From positions 128,745 through 192,744 of the forward strand of contig CAXXIN010000005.1 in assembly GCA_963665275.2 (NCBI GenBank): a stretch of DNA of 64,000 nt, written 5' to 3'. The position numbers were made by a program, and so were the translations under genes. Positions 9,650 through 19,445 of this stretch are shown here, piece after piece; position 1 is the first letter of the stretch; the number at the start of each line of letters is the position of its first letter. The notes under the pieces were generated by a model. The model searched no databases. It was not told where the DNA came from and worked only from the letters and a program-made list of their open reading frames with translations. This stretch comes from Negativicutes bacterium (lineage in GTDB: Bacteria; Bacillota; Negativicutes; UBA1444).

Positions 9650-11320
9650 TTGATGGACATGGGAGAAAAAATCAAAGCGCTGGCAATCGAGCTAACCCAA
9701 ATTCGCAGCGTAGTCGGAACTGCCGGTGAAAACGCCGTAGCACAAAAAGTGTATGACAAGCTGACACAGCTGGAATATTTCCAACAACACCCTGAGAACC
9801 TTCGCCTGATGCCGGTACAGGGAGACGAGCTGGGGCGGACAGGTGTGTTTGCGATGATTGAAGGGACGCATACGGAATCGAATAAAACGTTGTTGTGCAT
9901 TGGCCATATTGATACGGTCGGGGTGGCGGATTACGGCGGACTGCAGGATATCGCCACCGATCCGGCTGCTTTGAAGCAGCAACTGGCGGCGGCGACGAAG
10001 TTCAGTGAACCGGCCTTGTCGGAGATTTTGTCGGACGGCTGGCTGCTCGGTCGTGGCATTTTGGATATGAAAACAGGCGTAGCGTCGCTCATGGTCATGC
10101 TGGATCATTTTTCCCGGTGCCCAGAGACGTTGACAGGGAATCTGGTATTCTGCGCCGTGCCGGATGAAGAAGGTAATTCGGCGGGAATGCTCTCCGCCGT
10201 GCAGGATCTGGCCGCACTGCAAGGTAAACGCGACTGGGAATTCATTGCCGCTATCGACACCGATTTCATGACCTTCCGCTATCCGGGCGACGAACACCGT
10301 TACGTTTATGTCGGAACGACCGGCAAATTGCTGCCCTGTTTTTTCATCTACGGCGAAGAAACTCATGTAGGAGAACCGTTCAATGGGCTGGATGCCAATC
10401 TGCTCGCATCCGAAGTGATGCGCCGGATCGATCTTTCTACCGATCTTTGTGATATCGCCGATGGCGAGGTTGCCTTGCCGCCGATCAGCCTCCATCAGCG
10501 CGACAACAAGACGGAGTATTCGGTGCAGACAGCGAACACGGTCAATCTTTATTTCAACTGGCCCACCCACTGCAGTGAGCCTGCCGAAGTCCTGGCCAAG
10601 TGCCGGGGGAAGGCGCTGGAATCATTTGAGGCGGTTATCCGCCATCTGAATGAGGAGTATGAGAAGTTCTGCGCCTTGAGTCATATTCCGTTTCAACGGT
10701 TGCCGTGGGAGGCAAATGTTCTGACTTACGACGAACTCTATCAACAGGTAAAATCGGAAATGGGCGAGGAAATTGACCGGAGGCTGGAAGAACTGATTGA
10801 ACGCCTGCGGGCAAGGAATGCGGATGACCGGGAAGTTTCGATGGCAATCGTTGATGAGGTGCATAAAAACTGCTCAGATAAAAATTCCAAGATCGTGGTA
10901 TATTTTGCGCCGCCATACTATCCGCACAATTTCGTGAGGGACGGCGACGAGCGGAGCGACGTTTTGCTGTCCGCCGTGGAACGGGCCGTGTCGGAAGCGA
11001 AGGCAACCTTTGATTATTCCATCGTGACCCGCAAGTTTTACCCGTATATTTCAGATTTGAGTTATTGCGGAATCGCCGCGGCCAAGCACATGGACAAACT
11101 GACGGAAAACATGCCGGCCTGGCAGCGCACTTATCATCTGCCGGTGCAGGAAATTCAGTCCATCAGCATGCCGGTGGTCAACATCGGACCTTACGGCAAG
11201 GATGCGCACAAGTTGTCGGAGCGGGTAAGCACCGCCTATTCTTTCGATGCGATGCCATTGATTTTGCGGCGGACGATAGAAAATCTGCTCGGGGTTAGTT
11301 CACAGGAGGCATCACGATGA
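9650..11320 (+). CDS. M20 family metallo-hydrolase, RocB-like
   Basis: GHIDTVG, GRGILDMKTG, PDEEGNSAGM, GKLLP, ETHVGEPFNG, YISDLSY, NIGPYGKDAH. Confidence 0.85.
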   Translation: MMDMGEKIKALAIELTQIRSVVGTAGENAVAQKVYDKLTQLEYFQQHPENLRLMPVQGDELGRTGVFAMIEGTHTESNKTLLCIGHIDTVGVADYGGLQDIATDPAALKQQLAAATKFSEPALSEILSDGWLLGRGILDMKTGVASLMVMLDHFSRCPETLTGNLVFCAVPDEEGNSAGMLSAVQDLAALQGKRDWEFIAAIDTDFMTFRYPGDEHRYVYVGTTGKLLPCFFIYGEETHVGEPFNGLDANLLASEVMRRIDLSTDLCDIADGEVALPPISLHQRDNKTEYSVQTANTVNLYFNWPTHCSEPAEVLAKCRGKALESFEAVIRHLNEEYEKFCALSHIPFQRLPWEANVLTYDELYQQVKSEMGEEIDRRLEELIERLRARNADDREVSMAIVDEVHKNCSDKNSKIVVYFAPPYYPHNFVRDGDERSDVLLSAVERAVSEAKATFDYSIVTRKFYPYISDLSYCGIAAAKHMDKLTENMPAWQRTYHLPVQEIQSISMPVVNIGPYGKDAHKLSERVSTAYSFDAMPLILRRTIENLLGVSSQEASR

Positions 11321-12402
11321 AGTTCAAAATGCCATTATACCGGGAACCGGATTTCTCAGCGGAGTCGTTCCGAACCAGTCCCGATGCGGTCACGATGCCG
11401 GTACTGCGGGCTGGAGTCGCGCCAGATAATTTTCACGCCACGACAATTTTCCCTGAATACTATAAGATCGATGGAAGCTGGGTATTGCTCAATCAGGGCC
11501 GCATGGACGGGGTCGTGGTTCTGCATGACGATGGGAAGCTGGAAGTCAAAGAGTTCAGGCGTCTTGCGGCGGGGGATCGGGTTTTTGTCGGACGCACGGA
11601 AGATGGCAGCGACGGAATCTTCGTCCATGCCACAGGTTTCTGTCAGAGCGAAACTGATGCCGAAACCTTTGCCTTCCGCACCGGCCGTTCCCGCGAAACC
11701 TCCTATTCACGCGATTACGACCGATTATATGAACTGCTGCGATACGAAAAAGAGCATGGCTACATTGTGTGGGTGTTGGGCCCGGCGGTGGTGTTCGACT
11801 GGGACTCGAAGCAGGCGTTGATCTCCTTGATTGAAAACGGTTATGTCGATGCCATTCTAGCCGGCAACGCGCTGGCGACGCACGATCTGGAAGGGGCGTT
11901 GTTTCAGACGGCGCTCGGGCAGGATATTTACACACAGGAAAGTGTGGCCAATGGTCACTACCATCATCTGGATGTTTTGAACCAGGCCCGGGAACATGAA
12001 ACGATCTCCCAATTCGTTGCGGCAAAAAATATTCAGGACAGTGTTGTGTCCGCCTGCATCAGGACCGGAATCCCCATGGTGTTGGCAGGTTCGATCAGGG
12101 ATGATGGTCCGCTGCCTGAAGTGATCGCTGATGCCTACGCAGCCCAGAATTCGATGCGGCAGCAGGCAAAACAGGCAACGACAGTAATTTGTCTGGCAAC
12201 GCAGCTTCATTCCATCGCTACAGGAAATATGACGCCCGCCTATCAATCCGTGGGAGGCGTAATGCGACCAGTATTCATTTACAGCGTGGATGTATCGGAA
12301 TTCGCCGTGAACAAGCTGAAAGATCGTGGATCGCTCGAAGTGACCTCTATCGTGACCAATATTCAGGATTTTTTGGTGCATATCCAGCGCGAACTGGTGT
12401 AA
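11317..12402 (+). CDS. LOR/SDH-ArgZ/AgrE C-terminal-like protein (putative ornithine cyclodeaminase, TIGR00300-like)
   Basis: GVAPDNFHATT, LAGNALATHDLE, GHYHHLD, LAGSIRDDGPLP, LHSIATGNMTP, KLKDRGS. Confidence 0.75.
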   Translation: MKFKMPLYREPDFSAESFRTSPDAVTMPVLRAGVAPDNFHATTIFPEYYKIDGSWVLLNQGRMDGVVVLHDDGKLEVKEFRRLAAGDRVFVGRTEDGSDGIFVHATGFCQSETDAETFAFRTGRSRETSYSRDYDRLYELLRYEKEHGYIVWVLGPAVVFDWDSKQALISLIENGYVDAILAGNALATHDLEGALFQTALGQDIYTQESVANGHYHHLDVLNQAREHETISQFVAAKNIQDSVVSACIRTGIPMVLAGSIRDDGPLPEVIADAYAAQNSMRQQAKQATTVICLATQLHSIATGNMTPAYQSVGGVMRPVFIYSVDVSEFAVNKLKDRGSLEVTSIVTNIQDFLVHIQRELV

Positions 12403-12417
12403 GGAGTTGGACTGGCA

Positions 12418-13209
12418 ATGAAACGATTGCTGACGCGCGGCGAAATCTGGCCGCTGCCGGGGGGCGGAACCGCCGATGAAATTGTGGCGGTTGCCCGGGA
12501 ATTGCAGATGGATTTTTGTTTTTTTGATCACTTTCCGGGCGCGCCAGCGAAAGCTAACGCGTTGGGCTTGTCAGTCGGAGCAGTGGTCAATGGCCCTTGG
12601 CAGCGATGGATGATTGAGGTCGGCTGGGAGTCGGCCATGATGAAAATCGGCCGGGGATCCACTGAAGTGACGGAGGGTTTGGCTCAGGCAAAAGCAAAAG
12701 CCGAAGCCGAGATCGCTGCATGGGTTGCCGCGGGAATCGATATGATTCTGCTGGCGGATGATGTCGCTTATGCCGGCGGACCTTATATGTCGCCGCAACA
12801 GCTGGAAAAACATCTGCTGCCATTGTATTGCGAGTTGAGCAAGCAGGCAAAAGCATCAGGCGTTACCGTGGGATTCCATACCGACGGCATGGTTGATGCG
12901 ATTCTGCCACTGCTGAAACAGGCCAGCTTCGAGTTTTTATCTTTGGAACCGGAAGCGACTGATCCAATCAAAGCCTGGAGCATTTTGGGCGAGGAGCTCA
13001 CTCTGTTTTCCGGTCTTCCTGCGGCATGGCTGGCCTCGGGCGGATTCTTGCCGTCACGGGAAGGTCGGATTTTGCGGGAGTGGTTGTCATCAGGTCCGTT
13101 GGTCGTGACTTCGGCCTGTGGTCTTTTTCACGCCGACGCCGCGAGTTCCCTGCAGGAAATCTATCGCTGGCTCGACCAGGAAAAAAATATTTCGCACCAG
13201 CGAAAATAA
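12418..13209 (+). CDS. Uroporphyrinogen decarboxylase/cobalamin methyltransferase (URO-D) superfamily protein
   Basis: ILLADDVAYAGGPYMSP, FHTDG, TSACG; short for the family. Confidence 0.65.
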   Translation: MKRLLTRGEIWPLPGGGTADEIVAVARELQMDFCFFDHFPGAPAKANALGLSVGAVVNGPWQRWMIEVGWESAMMKIGRGSTEVTEGLAQAKAKAEAEIAAWVAAGIDMILLADDVAYAGGPYMSPQQLEKHLLPLYCELSKQAKASGVTVGFHTDGMVDAILPLLKQASFEFLSLEPEATDPIKAWSILGEELTLFSGLPAAWLASGGFLPSREGRILREWLSSGPLVVTSACGLFHADAASSLQEIYRWLDQEKNISHQRK

Positions 13210-13288
13210 TAGCAGGATTTTCAGCGCGAGTGCCTAAATTATAATATAACGGATAAATATTATCCATAACAGAATGGAGGGAAAACAA

Positions 13289-13753
13289 ATGAAAAGAATT
13301 GCTGTGGGAGATATCGCCCCGGATTTTGTATTGAAGGATAACCGCGTTCAGGATGTGCGGCTGTCGGATTTTCGCGGCAAGAAAGTGCTGCTGGCGTGGC
13401 ACCCGCTGGCGTGGACCGGTGTATGCGCCAACCAGATGAAAGCCCTAGAAGACCATCTGCCGGAGTTCGAAAAATATAACACTGTGCCACTCGGAATGAG
13501 CATCGACTCCTACCCGAGCAAGAATGCCTGGGCCAAAGAATTGGGCATCGCCAAGGTCCAATTACTCGCAGACTTTTGGCCGCATGGTAAAGTGGCGCAG
13601 GATTATGGCCTATTTCTCGAAGACAAAGGATTTTCTGAGCGGGCCAATGTTCTCATTGATGAGGAAGGCAAGGTTATCTGGGTGAAAACTTATGATATCC
13701 CTGAATTGCCGGATATTGAAGAAATTTTGAGCAAGGTTCGCGGGGAAAAATAA
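13289..13753 (+). CDS. Peroxiredoxin (AhpE-like)
   Basis: APDFVL, HPLAWTGVC, LLADFWPHG, SERANVLID. Confidence 0.88.
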   Translation: MKRIAVGDIAPDFVLKDNRVQDVRLSDFRGKKVLLAWHPLAWTGVCANQMKALEDHLPEFEKYNTVPLGMSIDSYPSKNAWAKELGIAKVQLLADFWPHGKVAQDYGLFLEDKGFSERANVLIDEEGKVIWVKTYDIPELPDIEEILSKVRGEK

Positions 13754-13772
13754 CAAAGATCGAAAAAGAGAT

Positions 13773-13813
13773 AAAGAGATGCTGACAACTTTACGTTTCA
13801 GCATCCCTTTTTT
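13773..13813 (+). terminator. Intrinsic terminator
   Basis: gagatgctga...tcagcatccc followed by T-run. Confidence 0.55.
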
Positions 13814-13961
13814 AATTAAAACCGCAAAATCAAATTCACTGAGCTGCCGATTTATATTTCAACAAAATATGATATCATTTGGGTAGAATTCCTATCGGAA
13901 GTAGCTGTCAGCCATCTGTCGCGCTAAAGAAAGATAATTCGTCAATATGGAGGTTAAGGTT

Positions 13962-15428
13962 TTGGCATTATTCAACAAAGCCCCATGTAGTGAAGCTTCT
14001 GGCATTATTCAGTATGTGGAAGATCGACTGAACGGCAAAATCGTCAAGCAGCCCAGTGCCGAATATCCCATTCATCAATCGATGTTAAAACAGTTTCTCC
14101 ATCTTCTGGCGAGTGAAGAGAAAATTTCGGGCAGTGTAAAACAAATGGTGGGTATACTTCCCTCCTTGAGCGACTTTGATGTAAAGATGAGCTATTCGTC
14201 CGACAAACTCACTCGGTTCGCGGCGGAAATTGCGGCGCTCAGCGAGTCCAACCTTGCTATTGTTGAGCAGATTACAGCCAGTATGAATGAAGTGACCGGA
14301 ACCATTAAGACTACTTCTGAAACTATGGGGCAAGTAGCTCGTTCTTCGGGAACCCTTATCGAAAAAAATGATGAGAGCATGGATCAACTGAAAGCGATTC
14401 ATGCTTTGAAGGAAGACGTCGTTCGAGACACAACACAGATGAGCGCCCAGATAGAACAATTGGTTGAGATGGCGACCAAGGTCAATGAAATTGTAAATGG
14501 AGTTGCGGCTATTGCGGAACAGACGAATCTTTTGGCGCTGAATGCATCGATTGAAGCGGCCCGCGCGGGAGAATCGGGGCGAGGGTTCGCTGTGGTGGCG
14601 ACTGAAATCCGCAAGTTGGCTGATAATACAAAAGCAAGCCTTAATGATATGCGGGGTTTTGTGAAAAATATTCAGGGTGCGGCTCAAGGAAGCCGGGGCA
14701 GCTTGGAAAATACCCTGCAATCTACGAGCAAAATGAATGAAAAGCTTGATGTTGTTTCGAATACAATCAACCAAAATGTGTCGATGCTAAAAGAAACTGT
14801 TCAAGATGTGAAAATGATTTCCGAATCGATGCGAAGCGTTGAAGAGTCAACCAGACAAGTCAACCAGGCCATGGGGCTATCGGCCCAGGATGCGGAGAAT
14901 TTGCATGGTATGACCCAGACGATTCACGCAGACGCGCAGCAGAGCGCCGAAAATGCACGGCAGATTTCTCGAGTGGATGAAGAATTAAGCACTATTGCTC
15001 GTGAAATGATAACTTCTTTGACTGGCGGCATACATGCGATATCCAATACAGAGTTGATCAGCAATTTGGAGAAAGCAAAATTGGCGCATGAAAAGTGGGT
15101 TAAAGCATTAAACCAAATTACAGAAGAAATGAAAATATATCCGTTGCAAACGGATTCAAAACGTTGCGCGTTCGGACATTTTTACCATTCTGTTCACGTT
15201 GACCACCCGGAAATTGCCAAAGACTGGAACGCGATTGATGGAGTTCATCATGAACTGCACAACATGGGCATGAAAGTGATTGAGGCGGTGAGAAAAGGTG
15301 ATCAGGTATCGGCCAAAACATTGTTCCATGAAGCGGAACAACTTTCAAAGCAAGTCATAGGGCATATTAATCAAACCATTCATGCGCTGGAAAGCTTGTC
15401 GAAGCGTGGAGTTGAAGCGTTGCATTAA
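13962..15428 (+). CDS. Soluble methyl-accepting chemotaxis protein with C-terminal CZB (zinc-binding) domain
   Basis: [30 protein letters not shown]; CZB motifs [17 protein letters not shown]; no TM; GGAGG RBS before TTG 13962. Confidence 0.88.
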   Translation: MALFNKAPCSEASGIIQYVEDRLNGKIVKQPSAEYPIHQSMLKQFLHLLASEEKISGSVKQMVGILPSLSDFDVKMSYSSDKLTRFAAEIAALSESNLAIVEQITASMNEVTGTIKTTSETMGQVARSSGTLIEKNDESMDQLKAIHALKEDVVRDTTQMSAQIEQLVEMATKVNEIVNGVAAIAEQTNLLALNASIEAARAGESGRGFAVVATEIRKLADNTKASLNDMRGFVKNIQGAAQGSRGSLENTLQSTSKMNEKLDVVSNTINQNVSMLKETVQDVKMISESMRSVEESTRQVNQAMGLSAQDAENLHGMTQTIHADAQQSAENARQISRVDEELSTIAREMITSLTGGIHAISNTELISNLEKAKLAHEKWVKALNQITEEMKIYPLQTDSKRCAFGHFYHSVHVDHPEIAKDWNAIDGVHHELHNMGMKVIEAVRKGDQVSAKTLFHEAEQLSKQVIGHINQTIHALESLSKRGVEALH

Positions 15429-15470
15429 TGACTTGGGATTAATGCGGAAAGCCTTATAGGGATAAAGCAA

Positions 15471-15525
15471 AAGGCTTCCAGCCATTCGTGATTGGAAGTC
15501 TTTTGCGTTGGGCAAGTGAAGTTTG
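15471..15525. repeat. Dispersed hairpin repeat, copy A (related to 30103-30136 and 32383-32437)
   Basis: aaggcttccagccattcgtgattggaagtcttttgcgttgggcaagtgaagtttg. Confidence 0.7.
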
Positions 15526-15528
15526 CTA

Positions 15529-15648
15529 TCAGGAAATGTTATACTCACCGGGCGTTACCCCAACCATCTTTTTGAATACGGTGGAGAAAATGACACTGGT
15601 CAGTAAAATCTGCCCTTCTTGAAACGCCTGCAGAATATCCAGACTCAT
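15529..15648 (-). pseudogene. Remnant of AraC-family regulator
   Basis: 39-codon ORF MSLDILQAFQEG...FSTVFKKMVGVTPGEY; the adjacent frame supplies DFTDQCH, rebuilding the AraC C-terminal signature. Confidence 0.65.
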
Positions 15649-15828
15649 TTTTGCCGAACCTCTTTCAATTTTGCGATTTGTTTAAAGATATTATCGCGTG
15701 AATGGCAGGGAGAAGTATTGAAGATTGTTGCTTTTTTTGGCTGAAGTAAAAGGATGGGACAATTTCACGTGGACTTCTTTAAGCAATAAAATATAATTAG
15801 GATAATATAGTGAAAGGCGGGTAAGAAT

Positions 15829-16158
15829 ATGCAAATTAACGCTGTACCTTTTTGTACCATTGATTGGAAAAATATTGCTCCGACTGAACATGCGGGCACA
15901 ACCGGCGTAGCTTACTGGCGTACTTTTGAAATGGGAAATATCCGTGTAAGAATGGTGGAATACACTCCAGGGTATTTGGCCGATCATTGGTGCAAAAAAG
16001 GTCATATTTTATTGGTGTTGGAAGGTGAATTGGTGACAGAGCTTGACGATGGGCGCAAATTTACCTTGACGCCTGGTGTCAGTTACCAGGTTGCTGATGA
16101 TGCCAATCCCCACAGGTCGTATACGAAAACAGGCGCGAAACTGTTTATTGTCGACTAA
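15829..16158 (+). CDS. DHCW-motif cupin fold protein
   Basis: RVRMVEYTPGYLADHWCKKGHILLVLEGEL. Confidence 0.9.
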   Translation: MQINAVPFCTIDWKNIAPTEHAGTTGVAYWRTFEMGNIRVRMVEYTPGYLADHWCKKGHILLVLEGELVTELDDGRKFTLTPGVSYQVADDANPHRSYTKTGAKLFIVD

Positions 16159-16205
16159 AAACTTTTTCCCATAATTATTCCAGAGATGCTAAGGAGATGG
16201 TTTGA

Positions 16206-16565
16206 GTGGATAAAATCAATCTGGCTCAGAAATTTAGCCTGTTTAACGAGCATTGGAGTCCGAAGATTGTCGGGGAGTTAAATGATTCCTTCATCAAACT
16301 GGCAAAGCTCAAAGGCGAGTTTGACTGGCATCATCACGAACGGGAAGATGAGCTGTTTTTGGTTGTTAAGGGCGAGCTTATAATCAAATTCAGAGATAAC
16401 GAGGTTTCCCTGAAGCCAGGGGAACTCATTGTCATTCCCAAGGGGATTGATCATCTGCCGGTGGCAACCGAAGAAGTGCAGGTAATGTTGATTGAGCCAA
16501 AAGGAACATTAAATACAGGGAATGTGGTGACGGAAAAAACCAAAGAGATATTGGACCGAATATAA
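16206..16565 (+). CDS. Cupin domain protein
   Basis: WSPKIVGELN, GEFDWHHHEREDELFLV, IPKGIDHLP. Confidence 0.88.
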   Translation: MDKINLAQKFSLFNEHWSPKIVGELNDSFIKLAKLKGEFDWHHHEREDELFLVVKGELIIKFRDNEVSLKPGELIVIPKGIDHLPVATEEVQVMLIEPKGTLNTGNVVTEKTKEILDRI

Positions 16566-16573
16566 GGAGCAAG

Positions 16574-17410
16574 ATGAAACTAACCGTTTTAGTGGATAAT
16601 AATACCATGATTGATCGATATTTTTATGGCGAGCCGGGAGTGTCCTATTTCATCGAGTGCGACGATAAAAAATACTTGTTTGATACCGGATATTCGGACA
16701 TCTTTCTGCAAAATGCCGCTAAAATGGGCATTGACCTATTGGCGGTAGATGCGATAGTTCTCTCGCATGGTCACAATGACCACACATGGGGACTATGCGA
16801 GTTGGTTAAACGATATTCCGAGGCGATGGCTGAAGGCTACGAGCACAAAAAAACTGCGATAATCGCGCATCCCGACGCGTTTTTGGATAAGAATGTGGAT
16901 GGGCTTGACGTGGGGTCAATGTTTTCCGTGAATCAATTACAGAAATCATTTTCGATAAAGCTGAGTAAAGGGCCAATGTGGCTCAATGAAAAACTGGTGT
17001 TTTTGGGAGAAGTTGAAAGAGCTAATTCTTTTGAGGCGCAAACGCCAATCGGCGAAACCCTGCGGGATAATGTTTGGGAAGAGGACTTTGTTCTGGATGA
17101 TTCGGCTATGGCATATATGTCCGACAAGGGTTTGGTTATCATTACAGGATGTTCCCATGCCGGGATCTGCAATATTATCGAATATGCGAAAAAGGTCTGT
17201 AAGGAAGAACGGGTTTATGATGTTATTGGGGGATTTCATCTGCTAAATCCTTCGAAACACACGTTGGAGAATACCATGGAATATCTTCAAAAATGCCGCC
17301 CTCACGCCATCCATGCAGGCCATTGCACTGATTTGCATTCGAAAATAAGGTTGGCTCAAGTTGCAAATGTGGAAGAGGTTGGCGTCGGGCAAGTGGTGGA
17401 ATATAAATAA
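16574..17410 (+). CDS. MBL-fold metallo-hydrolase
   Basis: LFDTG, LSHGHNDHTWG, TGCSHAG, GGFHL, GHCT. Confidence 0.88.
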   Translation: MKLTVLVDNNTMIDRYFYGEPGVSYFIECDDKKYLFDTGYSDIFLQNAAKMGIDLLAVDAIVLSHGHNDHTWGLCELVKRYSEAMAEGYEHKKTAIIAHPDAFLDKNVDGLDVGSMFSVNQLQKSFSIKLSKGPMWLNEKLVFLGEVERANSFEAQTPIGETLRDNVWEEDFVLDDSAMAYMSDKGLVIITGCSHAGICNIIEYAKKVCKEERVYDVIGGFHLLNPSKHTLENTMEYLQKCRPHAIHAGHCTDLHSKIRLAQVANVEEVGVGQVVEYK

Positions 17411-17553
17411 GAAATAAGGCTTATGTCAATTGGAGAAGTGGGCGGAGTTTTCTCGAAATGGGAAAATGACATAAAAATGATAATAATCCCCTTAAGGTAA
17501 AGCTGCAACTATTACGATATAAGGTATGAAGATATTTACCAGGGGGCAAGAAC

Positions 17554-18267
17554 ATGCAGAACTTATTTTTCAGGAACGCACCTTCAATTTTTGTGGTTCT
17601 TGGAACAATCTACGGATTGATGTTATATATTAACATTCCGCGAGGTGGCACCGAGGCAATCTTTATTGCAACAATCGTAATGCTTGGCTATTTCATTTAT
17701 TCTGGAAAAGTTATTCAACAACTTTATGAAAAGGTATACACGGACAGCCTGACGGGTCTGAAAAGCAGAGCGGGGTTTGAACCGATGAAAGAGAAAAGGA
17801 AGGGTCATACTGGAGCGCTATCGTCACTATTGATGGTTGATGTGGATGATTTCAAAGCAATCAATGACGAATATGGTCATCCAGCAGGTGACGTGGCGCT
17901 GAAATCTCTTGCAACGATTCTCCGTAAAACCGTACGGGACAAAGATAGCGTATTTCGTTGGGGCGGAGATGAATTTGTCGTCATTCTCCCGGATGCTTCA
18001 CCGGAGGTTGTAACCATCGTTGCTGAAAGAATCAGAGCTGCTGTCGAGACCTATGGACTGTATTCCCTGACTGTGAGCATCGGCATAGCCACAATCATTA
18101 ACGATAATGTTGGAGCGGCGCTCGCAGAGGCCGACAAAGCAATGTATGAAGCCAAAGAAATAAAAAACTCAATCGTAACGTATAAGGAAGATCCTAATCG
18201 GATCATTATAAATCCGCAGAAATGCCTGCAAGCAGAACATAATGCTGACGTGATATGGGTACAATAA
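17554..18267 (+). CDS. Small membrane-anchored diguanylate cyclase
   Basis: Two N-terminal TM segments, DVDDFKAINDEYGHPAGD, RDKD I-site, RWGGDEF. Confidence 0.88.
   Translation: MQNLFFRNAPSIFVVLGTIYGLMLYINIPRGGTEAIFIATIVMLGYFIYSGKVIQQLYEKVYTDSLTGLKSRAGFEPMKEKRKGHTGALSSLLMVDVDDFKAINDEYGHPAGDVALKSLATILRKTVRDKDSVFRWGGDEFVVILPDASPEVVTIVAERIRAAVETYGLYSLTVSIGIATIINDNVGAALAEADKAMYEAKEIKNSIVTYKEDPNRIIINPQKCLQAEHNADVIWVQ
18211..18267 (+). repeat. 57-bp direct repeat, copy 1 (copy 2 at 29997-30053)
   Basis: aatccgcagaaatgcctgcaagcagaacataatgctgacgtgatatgggtacaataa; 51/57 identical by manual alignment. Confidence 0.85.
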
Positions 18268-18303
18268 AAAATAATTTGCCACTGGGAACATTTAAACGAT
18301 GAG

Positions 18304-18344
18304 TTTGATTGAGCACGCTATAATGGCGTGTTTTTTTTGTCCAA
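18304..18344 (+). terminator. Terminator hairpin with a related copy at 39157-39198
   Basis: gcacgcta-taa-tggcgtgt followed by T-run. Confidence 0.65.
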
Positions 18345-18367
18345 ATAAAATAGCGCTAAATGAGGAC

Positions 18368-18428
18368 TTGCAAATCAATAAAAAGGAAGATAAAATAGAA
18401 ACCAAATACAAGCGAGTGATCACTCGCT
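18368..18428 (+). promoter_or_regulatory. Sigma-A promoter and TetR-type operator
   Basis: TTGCAA(18368)-17 bp-TAAAAT(18391); perfect 18-bp palindrome agcgagtgatcactcgct at 18411-18428. Confidence 0.75.
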
Positions 18429-18442
18429 CGAATGGTGAAAAC

Positions 18443-19030
18443 ATGACGATTAATTTTTTGCATCGTAAAGAAAGTGTGATACTGACAGCTATTGAAATAA
18501 TTGACGAGCTGGGCATTCAAGGGCTGTCAACGCGAGAGATTGCGAAGCGGCAAGGGATTTCAGAGGGGACGCTCTTCCGGCATTTCAAGTCGAAGAATGA
18601 GATCGTAATTGCTGTTTTGGACTATTTTTCCAAATATGACGCGGATATATTTGACTCAGTAAAGTTGAAAGGCTTGAAATCCAAAGAAGCAATCATATTC
18701 TTAGTAGACTCTCATGTGTCATACTATGAGAATTATCCAGCCATTACTGCAGTGACACAATTATACGGGGTGTTATCAGCTGAACCTGATTTCACGGAGA
18801 AGATAAAGAGTATCTTTTTTGGGCGCATGAACTTTCTTAAAGAGGTCATTGAGGGGGGGCAGAGAGCCGGTGAAATAAAACCGGATCTTGATAGCAACAT
18901 AGTGGCGCATATCATAGACGGAACTTTCAGAAGTATATGTCTAACGTGGCGAATGAATGGGCGCACTTTTCCTTTGCGGGAGAAAATGCTTTCGGCGATT
19001 AATGTCTTGTTGGAGGCGTTTTGCCAATAA
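18443..19030 (+). CDS. TetR/AcrR family transcriptional regulator
   Basis: ILTAIEIIDELGIQGLSTREIAKRQGISEGTLFRHFKSKNEI. Confidence 0.9.
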   Translation: MTINFLHRKESVILTAIEIIDELGIQGLSTREIAKRQGISEGTLFRHFKSKNEIVIAVLDYFSKYDADIFDSVKLKGLKSKEAIIFLVDSHVSYYENYPAITAVTQLYGVLSAEPDFTEKIKSIFFGRMNFLKEVIEGGQRAGEIKPDLDSNIVAHIIDGTFRSICLTWRMNGRTFPLREKMLSAINVLLEAFCQ

Positions 19031-19055
19031 CAAAATAACGAACGGGAGGATGAAA

Positions 19056-19418
19056 ATGAAAAGAGTATTAATTGTGGATGACATGGTTTTTATGCGGTTT
19101 GCGCTCAAGGGAATGCTGACTAAGAATGGATTCGAGGTCGTGGGAGAGGCGGAAAACGGTGCTCTCGGGGTAGAAAAATACAAAGAATATTCGCCTGATA
19201 TTGTGACAATGGATATCACGATGCCGGTAATGACTGGACTTGAGGCGCTGCAAGAAATCATAAAATATGATCCTCGGGCTCGAATTGTAATGGTTTCTGC
19301 AATGGGACAGGAACGCTTTGTAAAAGAAGCGATTTTGTATGGAGCGAAATACTTTATTGTGAAGCCGTTTAAAGAAGAGCAGGTATTGGAGACGATTAAA
19401 AAAGTTGCTGCTTTGTAG
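19056..19418 (+). CDS. cheY: Chemotaxis response regulator CheY
   Basis: VLIVDD, DIVTMDITMP, MVSAMGQ, FIVKPF. Confidence 0.85.
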   Translation: MKRVLIVDDMVFMRFALKGMLTKNGFEVVGEAENGALGVEKYKEYSPDIVTMDITMPVMTGLEALQEIIKYDPRARIVMVSAMGQERFVKEAILYGAKYFIVKPFKEEQVLETIKKVAAL

Positions 19419-19445
19419 AAGAGCAGATTGAAGGGGTCGATAGTG

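Noticed and set aside
13820-13960. c-di-GMP riboswitch upstream of the CZB chemoreceptor
   Set aside because: Could not find the GEMM consensus elements
15422-15436. 15-bp exact match gcattaatgacttgg, also at 61786-61800, as a possible att pair
   Set aside because: A couple of 15-mer matches are expected by chance in 64 kb; both merely span stop codons, with no flanking similarity
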